64,000 nucleotides of DNA, taken from the NCBI GenBank assembly GCA_963737065.1, contig CAVTRC010000001.1, positions 160,001-224,000 on the forward strand. The letters run 5' to 3'. The translations under genes and the position numbers were made by a program. Source of the stretch: Candidatus Eremiobacteria bacterium. Its GTDB lineage: Bacteria > Vulcanimicrobiota > Vulcanimicrobiia > Vulcanimicrobiales > Vulcanimicrobiaceae. A model generated the notes under the pieces. It made no database searches. It saw nothing but the letters and a program-made list of their open reading frames with translations, and was not told the DNA's origin. Positions 11,719 through 21,537 of the stretch are shown piece after piece (position 1 is the stretch's first letter; every line of letters begins with the position of its first letter).

Positions 11719-12935
11719 CCGCTCTTGCGGCGGTGCCGGCGCGGCGGATTATCGCGGCGGTTTCCGGCGCGGCGGCGCGGTGGGCCGACGCGGATTTTCC
11801 TCCGCGCGTGCGGGTTCTCGATTCGATCGTGAAGCGGACCGGATACTCGGTTCCCGTCGTCGAGTACGCGCTCGATCAGCTCTTCACCGCGGTGAACGCC
11901 GCTGACCTCGAAGCAACGATCGCGAACGAACTGGGATCGGTCGATATTCTGGACCGATTTGTCGAACGCACGTCGCGAAGCAAAGCGCGTGCGCGTCCGG
12001 TGGGATCGGTATGCGTCATTTCCAGCCGTACGACGATCGGCGTCGCGATCGTTCCGGCCGTCTTTGCGCTGTGCGCCAAATGCGACGTGCTCGTGAAGGA
12101 CCGCGAAGACGGCATCGTGCGCGGCTTTTTCACCACGCTGTGCGACGAGCTCGATGAGTTCGTAACCGCGGCTCGCGCCGGCGCGTGGCGCGGCGAGGAC
12201 CATGCGGTCGATCTCGCGCAGTTCGGCGTCGTCGTTGCGTTCGGCAGCGATTCGACGTTGGCGCGCATCGCGAAAAACGCGGCGCCGAGCGCGTTTATCG
12301 GCTACGGATCCAAGGCGACGATCGGGTACGCCGGCCGCGATGCGCTCTCCGATGAGGCGAACGTGAAGGCGATCGCTCAGTGCGCTGCGCGCGATCTCGT
12401 GCTCTACGAAAGCCAAGGTTGCCTGTCGTTGCATGCGCTCTTCGTAGAACACGGCGGTGCGGTAACGCCGCAGCGCTTCTGCACGCTCCTCGCCGAAGCG
12501 GTCGAACGCGCCGCGGTCGAATTTCCGCCGGGACCACGCGATGTCCGCGCCAGCGCGCGCATCGCACATGCACGCAAACTCGCCGCATTTCGCTCGGCGA
12601 CGGGCCGTGGCGCGGTTTTTTCAGACGAACGCGCAAGTTATCTCGCGGTCCTCGATCCTCCGCCGAGCGAGCCGCCGGCGTTTCTGCCGCGCGCGCTGTC
12701 GATACACACGGTGAATTCGCCGGATGATGCCGTCGCATACGTGCGCCGGCATGAACTTTCGCTTGAAGCCATCGCTGTTGCGGGCGTTCGCGATGATATC
12801 GTCGATGCGGCGCTGTCGCTCAGCGTCAATCGCATCACCGCATTCGGTGAACTGCAGCGTCCGCCGGCAAGCGGAAGCCACGGCGGACGCGCGCGCATCG
12901 CCGATTTCGTTCGCTGGGTCAGCTTCGAAACGTGA
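11715..12935 (+). CDS. LuxC-like acyl-CoA/acyl-protein reductase
   Basis: ALDH-like fold motifs VVAFGSD, FIGYGSK and the catalytic-Cys region RDLVLYESQGCLS, with C-terminal HGGR..DFVRW. Directly follows the LuxE-like gene. Confidence 0.8.
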   Translation: MTALAAVPARRIIAAVSGAAARWADADFPPRVRVLDSIVKRTGYSVPVVEYALDQLFTAVNAADLEATIANELGSVDILDRFVERTSRSKARARPVGSVCVISSRTTIGVAIVPAVFALCAKCDVLVKDREDGIVRGFFTTLCDELDEFVTAARAGAWRGEDHAVDLAQFGVVVAFGSDSTLARIAKNAAPSAFIGYGSKATIGYAGRDALSDEANVKAIAQCAARDLVLYESQGCLSLHALFVEHGGAVTPQRFCTLLAEAVERAAVEFPPGPRDVRASARIAHARKLAAFRSATGRGAVFSDERASYLAVLDPPPSEPPAFLPRALSIHTVNSPDDAVAYVRRHELSLEAIAVAGVRDDIVDAALSLSVNRITAFGELQRPPASGSHGGRARIADFVRWVSFET

Positions 12936-14215
12936 ACGACGAATTCGAAGCCGTGCGCGGGCCGATCCCCGGGCCGCGCACTACCGCGTTGCACGCGCAG
13001 CTCGCCGAATACGAATCGCAGAACGTCACGTATCTGAGCGATGAGTTCCCGGTTTTTTGGGAGACGGCATCGGGTTCGAGCGTGACGGACGTCGACGGCA
13101 ACCGCTATATCGATCTCACGTCGGCGTTCGGCGTTGCCAGCGTCGGTCATGCGAATCGGAGCGTGACCGCGGCCATCGCGCGGCAGGCCGCGACGCTCAT
13201 GCACGGCATGGGCGACGTGCATCCCACCGAAGTTCGTTCGCGTTTGCTCGAGCGGCTCGCGGGACTGCTTCCCACCGGACTGACCAAAACGTTTCTTGCG
13301 ACAACCGGATCCGAAGCGATCGAGGCGGCGTTGAAAACCGCGATCATGGCGAGCGGTAAGCATCGTTTCCTCGCGTATCGCGGCGCGTATCACGGGCTGT
13401 CGCTCGGTGCGCTCACCGTATGCGGGATCGACAAGTTCGTCGACCGCTTCCGCGGACTCGTTCCCGGCGTGACGACGCTGCTCCACTATCCCGACGCGCA
13501 ACGCATCACGCTCGATGAAGCAACCGCGCAACTCGAACGGGAAGCCGGAGATTGCAACGACATTGCGGCGCTCGTCGTCGAGCCGCTGCAAGGACGCGGC
13601 GGGTGCATCGTTCCGCCGGGCGGCTATCTTACAGCGCTTCGCCGCTTCTGCGACGAGCGCGGCATCATCATGATCGTCGACGAGATCTACACGGGGTTCG
13701 GCCGCACCGGCTGCTGGTTTGCGTGCGAAGCGGAAGCCGTCGTACCCGATATCGTCTGCATCGGGAAAGCGATGGGCGGAGGATTTCCGATCAGCGCGGC
13801 CGTTGGGCGGCCGGCGATTATGGACCGGTGGCCGCGTTCGTCCGGCGAAGCGCTGCACACGTCGACCTATTTAGGCAATCCGATGGGCTGTTCGGCCGCG
13901 CTCGCGACGATTGAGGAAGTGGAACGCGAGGATCTCCCGAAACGCGCGCGCGAGCTCGGCGACGTCGTCGGCTTGCAGCTCGAGCGGTTTCTGGCGCGCG
14001 AATCGGTCGTCGCGGTCCGCGGGCGCGGCATGATGTGGGGCGTCCAACTTCAGAGCGCCGAGGATGCGGGCCGCGTTGTGAAACGCGCGTTGGCGCGCGG
14101 TGTGATTCTTCTTCAATCGGGGCCGGCGGGCGACGTGCTGTCGATCACACCGCCGCTTGTTATCGATCGGCCCGTACTTTTACGTGCTCTCGACATCATC
14201 AACGAGGAACTGTGA
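12932..14215 (+). CDS. Class III PLP-dependent aminotransferase (GabT/ArgD family)
   Basis: Motifs DVDGNRYIDL, TGSEAIE, YHG, EPLQGRGG, DEIYTGFGRTG and GKAMGGG. Confidence 0.93.
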   Translation: MNDEFEAVRGPIPGPRTTALHAQLAEYESQNVTYLSDEFPVFWETASGSSVTDVDGNRYIDLTSAFGVASVGHANRSVTAAIARQAATLMHGMGDVHPTEVRSRLLERLAGLLPTGLTKTFLATTGSEAIEAALKTAIMASGKHRFLAYRGAYHGLSLGALTVCGIDKFVDRFRGLVPGVTTLLHYPDAQRITLDEATAQLEREAGDCNDIAALVVEPLQGRGGCIVPPGGYLTALRRFCDERGIIMIVDEIYTGFGRTGCWFACEAEAVVPDIVCIGKAMGGGFPISAAVGRPAIMDRWPRSSGEALHTSTYLGNPMGCSAALATIEEVEREDLPKRARELGDVVGLQLERFLARESVVAVRGRGMMWGVQLQSAEDAGRVVKRALARGVILLQSGPAGDVLSITPPLVIDRPVLLRALDIINEEL

Positions 14216-15246
14216 AAACATATCGCGTTGGCATCAGCGGCGCCGGCTTCGGCGTAAAAGCACATCTTCCGGCGCTGCTTGCGCATCCGCGCTTCGATGT
14301 CGTGGCCGTTGCTTCACCATCATCGGCGCAGGCCGTTGCCAAGGAACGAAACATTCCGCATGCATTCTCGAGCGCTGCTGAAATGGTCGATGGCTGCGAA
14401 CTGGACGCAGTGGTCGTCGCGTCGCCGCCGTTCGCGCATCGCGACGATGTGCTGGCGGCGCTCGACGTGCGCAAGCACGTATTGTGCGAAAAACCGTTTG
14501 CGCTCAACGTCGAGGAGGCTGAAGAAATGCTCGCGGCGTCGCTCAATGCGCAGAGCGCCTGCGGCGTCGCGCACGAGTTTCGTTTCGTACCGCAGCGTAT
14601 GGCGATCAAGCAACTCGTCGAGAATGGGCACTTGACGCCGCTTCGCGAGATCGAGATCACGCAACTCGGCACATTCTTACGATGCGACGGCACGCGGTCA
14701 CGCGGCTGGTGGTTCGAACGCCAACGCGGCGGCGGCGTTGCCGGTGCGTTGATGTCGCATGTGATCGATAGCGCGAACTGGACGATCGGACGGCCGCCGA
14801 AGTCCGTCACCGGTCTGCTCCGTACGGCGAACGCGCAGCGTACCGATGCAGCCGGCATCTTCACGAGCACCTCAGACGACGGCGCCTTCGCGTTACTCGA
14901 TTACGGCGACGGGTTGATCGGACGGCTGTCGGTGGACGCCGCTGTTGCGGTCGAATCGTTCACGCTCGCCGTACACGCCGAGAACCGCACGGCGGTTGCG
15001 AGCGGCCAAACGATCGTTGATATGACGCTGTTCTCTATCGATGATGAAGAGACGAACGAACTGGAATGCAAGCCGTCGCCGTATGCGAAGTTCAGCAGCA
15101 TCAATGCCAACGTTCCGCTGCTGATGGAACTGTACGACGAATGGATCAAGCAGATCGAAACGGGCGCCAGCGCGCTGCCGAGCTTTGAGGACGCCTTGGA
15201 AACACAACGCGTGCTGGCGGCGATCGGCTATACCGCGGCATCCTAG
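14212..15246 (+). CDS. Gfo/Idh/MocA family oxidoreductase
   Basis: Motifs GAGFG, KHVLCEKP and GGG..SHVID; GTG overlaps the upstream stop. Confidence 0.9.
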   Translation: MKTYRVGISGAGFGVKAHLPALLAHPRFDVVAVASPSSAQAVAKERNIPHAFSSAAEMVDGCELDAVVVASPPFAHRDDVLAALDVRKHVLCEKPFALNVEEAEEMLAASLNAQSACGVAHEFRFVPQRMAIKQLVENGHLTPLREIEITQLGTFLRCDGTRSRGWWFERQRGGGVAGALMSHVIDSANWTIGRPPKSVTGLLRTANAQRTDAAGIFTSTSDDGAFALLDYGDGLIGRLSVDAAVAVESFTLAVHAENRTAVASGQTIVDMTLFSIDDEETNELECKPSPYAKFSSINANVPLLMELYDEWIKQIETGASALPSFEDALETQRVLAAIGYTAAS

Positions 15247-15286
15247 AACGGCGGCCGGTTTTCCTCGCCGATGCCGTGTGCCGCGA

Positions 15287-16555
15287 CTATGTGAGCCGTT
15301 CGCTGAGCGGCGTCCGTAATTCGTGCCAAAACAGGCCGAGCGCCATGACCGTTGCGCGCCGTTGGATCGCATCGCGATCGCCTAAAAAGGTATACGAACG
15401 CGCGGTCACGCGCTGCGCATCCGCGATGCCGAACCACACGAGCCCTACCGGCTTGTCGTCTGTACCACCGGCCGGACCGGCGACGCCGGTCGTCGACATG
15501 CCATACGTTGTCCCGAGCCGCATGCGAACGCCGCGCGCCATTTCGATCGCGGTTTGCTCGCTGACCGCGCCGTAACGAGCGAGCGTCTCTTGCGAAACGT
15601 TCACTTCACCGACTTTCACGGAATTGTCGTACGCGACGACGCCGCCCCAAAACGTTTCCGATGACCCGGGAAGACGCGTAAACGCTGAGGCGATGCGACC
15701 GCCTGTGCACGATTCAGCGGTAGCAACCGTTGCGCCGCGATTGCGCAGCAACTCCGCAACTGCCGATTCGATCGTCGCCTCGCCAGTACCGAACACGAAG
15801 CCTTGCAGACGCTCTTCGATCCGTTGCTGCAGCGGTGCAATCATCGTTTCAGCTTCGGCCGCTGACGTGGCTTTCACCATGATCTTCACGTCGCATATGC
15901 CTTCGTGCGCGAGCACGGCGATCTTCGGGTTCTCGCCGGCGCGAAAGAGGTCGCCGATGCGATGATCGATCTCGGACTCGCCGATGTTGATCGTGTGTAC
16001 GACGCGCGTAAAAATCGCGGCGCGCAGCTCGTACCGTTCGCGCAAAAAGGGGATGAGGTGCTCGGTCAACATCGGTTGCATCTCGCGCGGTACGCCGGGC
16101 ATCGATGCAACGAACTTTCCCGACGAAGCGAACGCAACGAACCCAGGAGCCGTGCCTCGAGGATTTTTCAGCACAAAACTCCCGCGAGGCACGTCGGCTT
16201 GTTTGCGATTGTTCTCGCGCATCTCCCGCCCGCTCTTTGCAAAGAAATCTTTCATCTGGCGCAGCGAACGTTCGTCCGGCACGGTGTCGACGCCGAGCGC
16301 ATCGCACACTGCCTCTTTCGTCAAATCATCCACGGTCGGTCCCAGTCCGCCCGTGGTGATGACGCCGTCGACGCGACCCAGCGCCGCCCGCAACGCGTTT
16401 GCGATACGAACGCGATTATCACCAACCGCATGCGTGCCCAATACATCGATTCCGGCGTTCGCGCAGTGACGCGCGACAAACGCGGTGTTCGTATCCGCCA
16501 ACTGCCCCAGCAGCAGCTCGGTGCCGACCGCGACGAGTTCAACCGCGAGCGACAC
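15287..16555 (-). CDS. cinA: CinA (competence/damage-inducible protein with C-terminal NMN deamidase PncC domain)
   Basis: Motifs VGTELLLG, TGGLGPTVDDLT, AESCTGG and TGVAGP. Confidence 0.95.
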   Translation of the reverse strand: MSLAVELVAVGTELLLGQLADTNTAFVARHCANAGIDVLGTHAVGDNRVRIANALRAALGRVDGVITTGGLGPTVDDLTKEAVCDALGVDTVPDERSLRQMKDFFAKSGREMRENNRKQADVPRGSFVLKNPRGTAPGFVAFASSGKFVASMPGVPREMQPMLTEHLIPFLRERYELRAAIFTRVVHTINIGESEIDHRIGDLFRAGENPKIAVLAHEGICDVKIMVKATSAAEAETMIAPLQQRIEERLQGFVFGTGEATIESAVAELLRNRGATVATAESCTGGRIASAFTRLPGSSETFWGGVVAYDNSVKVGEVNVSQETLARYGAVSEQTAIEMARGVRMRLGTTYGMSTTGVAGPAGGTDDKPVGLVWFGIADAQRVTARSYTFLGDRDAIQRRATVMALGLFWHELRTPLSERLT

Positions 16556-17150
16556 GCGGGCGCAATCCTTCCAATTCGTCCTCAAACCATTGGGGATACG
16601 AGAACGTCACCGCAACGTCGAAGCCGTCCGCCGCGTCGATCATGGCCTTGCGGCGAACGCCGCTGTTTTCGGCTCCGGGATGGGCGCGTTTTATTCTCGT
16701 TTTTTGCGTCCCCAAACATTCGATGAAACGGGCGAACGTCGCATCCATCGCCGCCTGAAGGCGCGACTTCAGTCGCTTGCCGACGCGCGGCGCAAGCCCC
16801 GTCGTCGAGATTGCGACACGCACCGGCCCCGCTTTTGCGATGGCCGCCATCGCGACGAATCCGTGCTGCGGCTGATCGATGCAGCACAACAAGAACCGGT
16901 GCCGGTCGGCGAGCTTGCGCAACCGAGCGGACAGCTCTTCATTCTGCGGGGTGGAGATCACAAAAAATGCGTCCACTACATCGTCATCGCGCAACGCATC
17001 CGGCTTGGTGATCCAGCGGACGACCGCACCCGATTCGCGCAGCGACGTTTCTTTTTCGATCGCTTCGCGGTCGTCGCGCTCGCCGATCACGACGCAACGA
17101 CGCCCCACGAGATTGAGGCTCACCGGAAAGAAAACGCCTTGGTCCAGCAT
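16539..17150 (-). CDS. Precorrin-2 dehydrogenase/sirohydrochlorin ferrochelatase (CysG N-terminal/SirC-like), divergent
   Basis: Motifs FPVSLNLVGRRCVVIG, CIDQP..GFVAMAAI..GPVRVAISTTGLAP. Confidence 0.7.
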   Translation of the reverse strand: MLDQGVFFPVSLNLVGRRCVVIGERDDREAIEKETSLRESGAVVRWITKPDALRDDDVVDAFFVISTPQNEELSARLRKLADRHRFLLCCIDQPQHGFVAMAAIAKAGPVRVAISTTGLAPRVGKRLKSRLQAAMDATFARFIECLGTQKTRIKRAHPGAENSGVRRKAMIDAADGFDVAVTFSYPQWFEDELEGLRPRVARG

Positions 17151-17152
17151 AT

Positions 17153-18010
17153 TCAAAAATCCACCGGGCGGAGGTAGAACTCGTTGATGGCGGTGTTCGT
17201 GAGCATGGCGGTCGTCGGTAGATGGCGTTTCCAATGCGTGGAGTCCACGCGCCGACGAACGATGGCGACGTCGCGCTCCTCGAAGCCGCGTTCGACGAGT
17301 TGCGCGTCGCTGTAGCCGAGAAGCATCTGCGCGAGAATCGCATCCGCTTGCGCGTACGTGATGCCGAGATCGCCCTCGTCGGTTTGATTCGCTTCCAGAT
17401 CCGCACTCGGCGCTTTTTCGATCAGCGATTCTGGAACACCGAGGTAACGCGCCAGATCCCATACCTGCGTTTTAAAAAGATCGCCGAGCGGATTCACCGG
17501 CGGCGTGTCGTCGGCATGCCAGGTGAAATACCCTAAGAGCCGTTCGGTTTTATTGCCGGTTCCGATCGGGAGTGCGTCGAGCTTCGCCGACTGATCGAAG
17601 AGGACGAGCATACGCGTGCGGGCCATGACGTTTCCGCGCCGCCGCGCGTCAGCGTCCGGCTCAAATTGCAAATATCCATCGACCGCTCCGGTAATTTCGA
17701 TTGTCCGGCAATGAATGCCGAGCGCATCGACGACGAGCTGCGCGTCGGAAAGGCTCGCGGAACTCGACGTACGGTACGGCATCCGAAACGCGTGCACGTT
17801 ATCCGGCCCGAGCGCGCGCGCGCAGAGAAACGCCGTGACGGCCGAATCGATTCCGCCGGAGAGACCGACGACCGCACCATGGATCTTGCGACGCGCGATC
17901 AATTCGTCGTGCAGAAACGCAACAAGCCAACGCGTTGCCAGTTCGCCGTTGATCCGCGGACCGTCCAGAACGCCGTCCAATGTCGCGCGCACTTGTACGA
18001 GCGGCTTCAT
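17153..18010 (-). CDS. nadE: NAD+ synthetase, synthetase-only subunit
   Basis: Motifs GLSGGIDSAV, GNVMARTRM, TGNKTE, PLGDLFKTQV and KAPSADL. Confidence 0.96.
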   Translation of the reverse strand: MKPLVQVRATLDGVLDGPRINGELATRWLVAFLHDELIARRKIHGAVVGLSGGIDSAVTAFLCARALGPDNVHAFRMPYRTSSSASLSDAQLVVDALGIHCRTIEITGAVDGYLQFEPDADARRRGNVMARTRMLVLFDQSAKLDALPIGTGNKTERLLGYFTWHADDTPPVNPLGDLFKTQVWDLARYLGVPESLIEKAPSADLEANQTDEGDLGITYAQADAILAQMLLGYSDAQLVERGFEERDVAIVRRRVDSTHWKRHLPTTAMLTNTAINEFYLRPVDF

Positions 18011-18927
18011 GCGCGTCCTTTCGGCAGCGGTAGCTCTTCATCGAGAATCAAATCGGGGAGCACCGCACTCAGATCGCCGAGCAGCGGAAGGCTCGCGCGC
18101 GCGAGGTCACCTTCACGCGGATCGATGAAACCGCGCACGACACATTCGCCGATGGCCGGAGCCTCGACTTGCATGCGTCCCCACGGATCGATCACCGACG
18201 ACGATCCCGTCATTCCTTTGCCGCCTTCGAAACCCGTTAGGCCGGCGTAGAGCACGTAGACGCCGTGTTCTGCCGCAATCGCGCGCAGCAGTTCGCGCCA
18301 GCGCGTAATCGACGTCAGCTCTCGGTCGCCGTCGATTCCGCGTCCGGGTGACGCCGACGGAACGATCAGGATGCGGGCGCCCTTCACCGCGGCGATCGTC
18401 GGCATGATGGCGTGCCACGAATCTTCGCAGATCAACATCGCGGCGCGGCCAAGGGACGTTTCGAACACCGAGAGCCGGCGGCCGCGCGAGAGAAAACGCT
18501 CCTCGTCGAAAACACCGTACGTCGGCAAAAACATCTTTCGGTGCACGTGCACGATCTCGTGCGTGTTGGCGCGCACGCGGATATAGAGCGAGCTATTGTA
18601 GTACGTCCCGCCGTCGTTTTCGTAGAACCCGCAGCAGAGCTCGACCGGCGTATCGCCCGCGCCGTCGTGCCACGCGCGCGCCAAGTCGGCGGCGAAGCGC
18701 GACGCGGGAAGTGCCAGATCGTACACCGCTCCTTCCAAGAAGTATCCGGTCGTCGCGGCTTCGGGAAGGACGACGATATCAGGTGAATCGCCGTTGCTCA
18801 GCAGCTCCGCGAACGTCTGGGCAATGTTCGCGAGATTTTCCGTGTAACGGCCTTTCACCGGCTGCACTTGTACGATGGCGACGTCGCCCGTACGCGGCGT
18901 GCCCCCGACGTTAACCGGCGGTTCCAC
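18007..18927 (-). CDS. Nitrilase-family C-N hydrolase, probable glutaminase partner of NadE
   Basis: E-K-C triad motifs LPEAATTGY, HRKMFLPTYGVFDEERF and ICEDSWH; its stop overlaps the nadE start. Confidence 0.85.
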   Translation of the reverse strand: MEPPVNVGGTPRTGDVAIVQVQPVKGRYTENLANIAQTFAELLSNGDSPDIVVLPEAATTGYFLEGAVYDLALPASRFAADLARAWHDGAGDTPVELCCGFYENDGGTYYNSSLYIRVRANTHEIVHVHRKMFLPTYGVFDEERFLSRGRRLSVFETSLGRAAMLICEDSWHAIMPTIAAVKGARILIVPSASPGRGIDGDRELTSITRWRELLRAIAAEHGVYVLYAGLTGFEGGKGMTGSSSVIDPWGRMQVEAPAIGECVVRGFIDPREGDLARASLPLLGDLSAVLPDLILDEELPLPKGRA

Positions 18928-20347
18928 TCGTTGCGACCTCGATCATCTGGTCGTCGGGACCCTTGAGGCCGAGTTGCGCCGCGCACTCTTCCGCCGGATA
19001 CGTCCAAATTTCCGCGAGCGTGGGATGCAGATGCGGAATGCGCATGAACTGCTCGACCGTCGCGTCATAGTTCATTGCCACGATCACTTCATGAATGAGC
19101 TCCGAGGCTTGCGGACCGATGACTGCCGCGCCGAGAATTTCCCCGGTAAACGGTTCGGCCATCATCTTCACGAAGCCGTCGGTTTTGTTCAAGCACATGG
19201 CTTTGCCGTGTTCGGCGAAATCGTAGCGTCCGCGTACGTATGGAGTACACGCGCGCGTCAAAGACTTCTCGGTTTCGCCGACGACGGCAACTTGCGGGTC
19301 GCTGAAGATCGTATGCGCCGTAACGATCCGGTAGTCGGCTTCTTCGTTGGTTCCCTCGACGGCGTTACGCGCCGCAATCTCGCCTTGATAGATCGCGACG
19401 TGGACGAGCGCATAGTCACCGGTTACATCGCCGATCGCAAAGATATCCGGATTGCTCGTGCGCAACGCGAGATCGACGTCGATTCCCGAAACGGGATGAA
19501 AGTTCACGCCGGCAATATCAAGTCCCAGACCTTGAACGTTCGGTACGCGCCCCAGTGCGTAGAAAATCTCTTCTGCGGCAAACGTTCGTTCTTCGCCGTC
19601 GACGCTCGCGACGACCACCTTCACGCCGTCATGGACTTCAACGCGATGCAGCACGGCATGCGTGACGACGTCGATCCCGTCGCGCCGGAAGCATCTCACG
19701 AGTTCTTCGCCGATGTCATCATCGGTTTCGGTTAGTAGGTGTCCGCTGCGGATGATCATCGTGATCTTCGCGCCGACACGCGACAGAAACTGGCCGAGTT
19801 CACACGCGGTATATCCGCCGCCGAGCACGACGATCGACTTCGGGATACGTTCGAGTTCGAGCACGGAATCGCTATCGAGGTAGCCGGCCTCGGCAAGTCC
19901 CGGAAGCACCGGCGGAGCAATCGAACTTCCGGTCGCGATGATAAACTTGGGGGCACGAAGCCGCGTGCCGTCACCGACCTGCACTTCGTGCGGCGATAGG
20001 AATTTCGCGCGCCCGATGTACGTCGGAAAACCCTTGATGCCGTCGATGCGGTAATCGGCGAAATCCTTCACCAAGGCGCGCTTGCGTTGGACGATGTACG
20101 GCATGTCGGCCGTAACTGTACCGCCGATACGAATGCCGAGCGCATCGGCATGCTGCGCATCGTGCATCGCATCGCTCGACGCGAGGAACGCTTTGCTCGG
20201 CATGCATCCGCGCAGAATACAAAGGCCGCCGAGCGGCCCTTGGTCGACGAACGCAACCGCGGCGCCGCAATCGCGCGCGGTTCGCGCAGCCGCATAGCCG
20301 CCCGATCCGGCTCCGACGACGACGAGATCGTAATCCTGAATCTCCAT
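18911..20347 (-). CDS. Dihydrolipoyl dehydrogenase-family pyridine nucleotide-disulfide oxidoreductase
   Basis: Motifs GAGSGG, GGLCILRGCMPSK, GGGYTACE, FAIGD and HPTLAE. Confidence 0.9.
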   Translation of the reverse strand: MEIQDYDLVVVGAGSGGYAAARTARDCGAAVAFVDQGPLGGLCILRGCMPSKAFLASSDAMHDAQHADALGIRIGGTVTADMPYIVQRKRALVKDFADYRIDGIKGFPTYIGRAKFLSPHEVQVGDGTRLRAPKFIIATGSSIAPPVLPGLAEAGYLDSDSVLELERIPKSIVVLGGGYTACELGQFLSRVGAKITMIIRSGHLLTETDDDIGEELVRCFRRDGIDVVTHAVLHRVEVHDGVKVVVASVDGEERTFAAEEIFYALGRVPNVQGLGLDIAGVNFHPVSGIDVDLALRTSNPDIFAIGDVTGDYALVHVAIYQGEIAARNAVEGTNEEADYRIVTAHTIFSDPQVAVVGETEKSLTRACTPYVRGRYDFAEHGKAMCLNKTDGFVKMMAEPFTGEILGAAVIGPQASELIHEVIVAMNYDATVEQFMRIPHLHPTLAEIWTYPAEECAAQLGLKGPDDQMIEVATSGTAG

Positions 20348-20387
20348 CCGACCCTCGTAACGCCGCAATCCGGCGAAAGGTTGAGCG

Positions 20388-21335
20388 CTAACGTCCGCTC
20401 GGACGCGCGCCGAGCCGATGCACCGACTCGATCATGCGCACCGTGCCGCGGGCGTGCACGAGGATCGAATGCGTGCGCGCGTGATTTCCGAAGAAACGCA
20501 CGCCCTGCATCAAGTCGCCGTCGGTGATCCCTGTTGCGCAAAAGATCACATCGTCACTTTTAACGAGATCGTCGATCTCGAGAACGCGGTCGATCTCGCC
20601 GAACCCCATAGCAATCGCACGCTCTGCCTCTTCGCGGTTGCGCGGCTGCAGCCGCCCCATGAAGTTGCCGCCGAGACATTTGATCGCCGCGGCCGCCAGC
20701 ACACCTTCGGGCGCTCCGCCGGTGCCCATCGCGACGTGAATACCGGTCGTTTCGATCGCCGTCGCAATGCAAGCGTCCACGTCTCCGTCCGAGATCAGCT
20801 TGATGCGCGCGCCCGATTCGCGTACTTCACGAATCAACTCGGCGTGGCGCGGACGGTCGAGGATTACCGCGCAGATATCGTTGCGCGGTTTTTCGAGCGC
20901 ATTCGCAACCGCTTCGATATTCTCACGAACCGGCGCATCGATGTGGACGTATGGTGCGGCCTTCGGGCCGACCGCGAGTTTCTTCATATATGAGTCCGGC
21001 GCATGGAGCAGGCCGCCGCGTTCCGCGATCGCCATCACGGCGATCGAGTTCGGCAACCCGTTCGCAACCAGATTCGTACCTTCAACCGGGTCGACTGCGA
21101 TGTCGACCGGAGCGCCGCCGCGGCCCACTTCCTCGCCGATATAGAGCATCGGGGCCTCGTCGCGCTCGCCTTCGCCGATGACGATACGGCCGGCGATATC
21201 CATTTTGCCGAGCGATTCGCGCATCTTCTCCACGGCAGCCCCGTCGGCGGCGTCCCGTTCACCGCGACCAATCCATCGGGACGCGGCAAGGGCGGCGCTC
21301 TCGGTGACCTTCACGAAGTCGAGCGAATTTACCAT
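20388..21335 (-). CDS. glpX: Class II fructose-1,6-bisphosphatase
   Basis: Motifs [31 protein letters not shown] and ATGITDG. Confidence 0.97.
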   Translation of the reverse strand: MVNSLDFVKVTESAALAASRWIGRGERDAADGAAVEKMRESLGKMDIAGRIVIGEGERDEAPMLYIGEEVGRGGAPVDIAVDPVEGTNLVANGLPNSIAVMAIAERGGLLHAPDSYMKKLAVGPKAAPYVHIDAPVRENIEAVANALEKPRNDICAVILDRPRHAELIREVRESGARIKLISDGDVDACIATAIETTGIHVAMGTGGAPEGVLAAAAIKCLGGNFMGRLQPRNREEAERAIAMGFGEIDRVLEIDDLVKSDDVIFCATGITDGDLMQGVRFFGNHARTHSILVHARGTVRMIESVHRLGARPSGR

Positions 21336-21537
21336 AGCTCCTCGTTTGCATGCTCATCGGCGCAGGCGGTGAACGGGCCGCGTTCGAGCCGTGCTTTCGT
21401 CCGCCCTTGCATTGCCTCGGCGCGCCGGTGCGTCACTGCGCCGTAGGTGCGCTGCGCGCTCCTCAGGAAAATGGTGGGCCGTGTCGGCCCGTATTCACGC
21501 ATCGCGCGCACCGGTTCACCTCGAAATCATTGCGGAA

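Noticed and set aside
10461..12935. Bioluminescence (lux) operon
   Set aside because: No luxA, luxB or luxD in the window.
18911..20347. Mercuric reductase MerA
   Set aside because: It lacks the C-terminal Cys-Cys pair and mer neighbours, and retains the HPTxxE motif of lipoamide dehydrogenases.
21336..21537. Structured RNA upstream of glpX
   Set aside because: Only imperfect GC-rich stems, with no recognisable riboswitch consensus.
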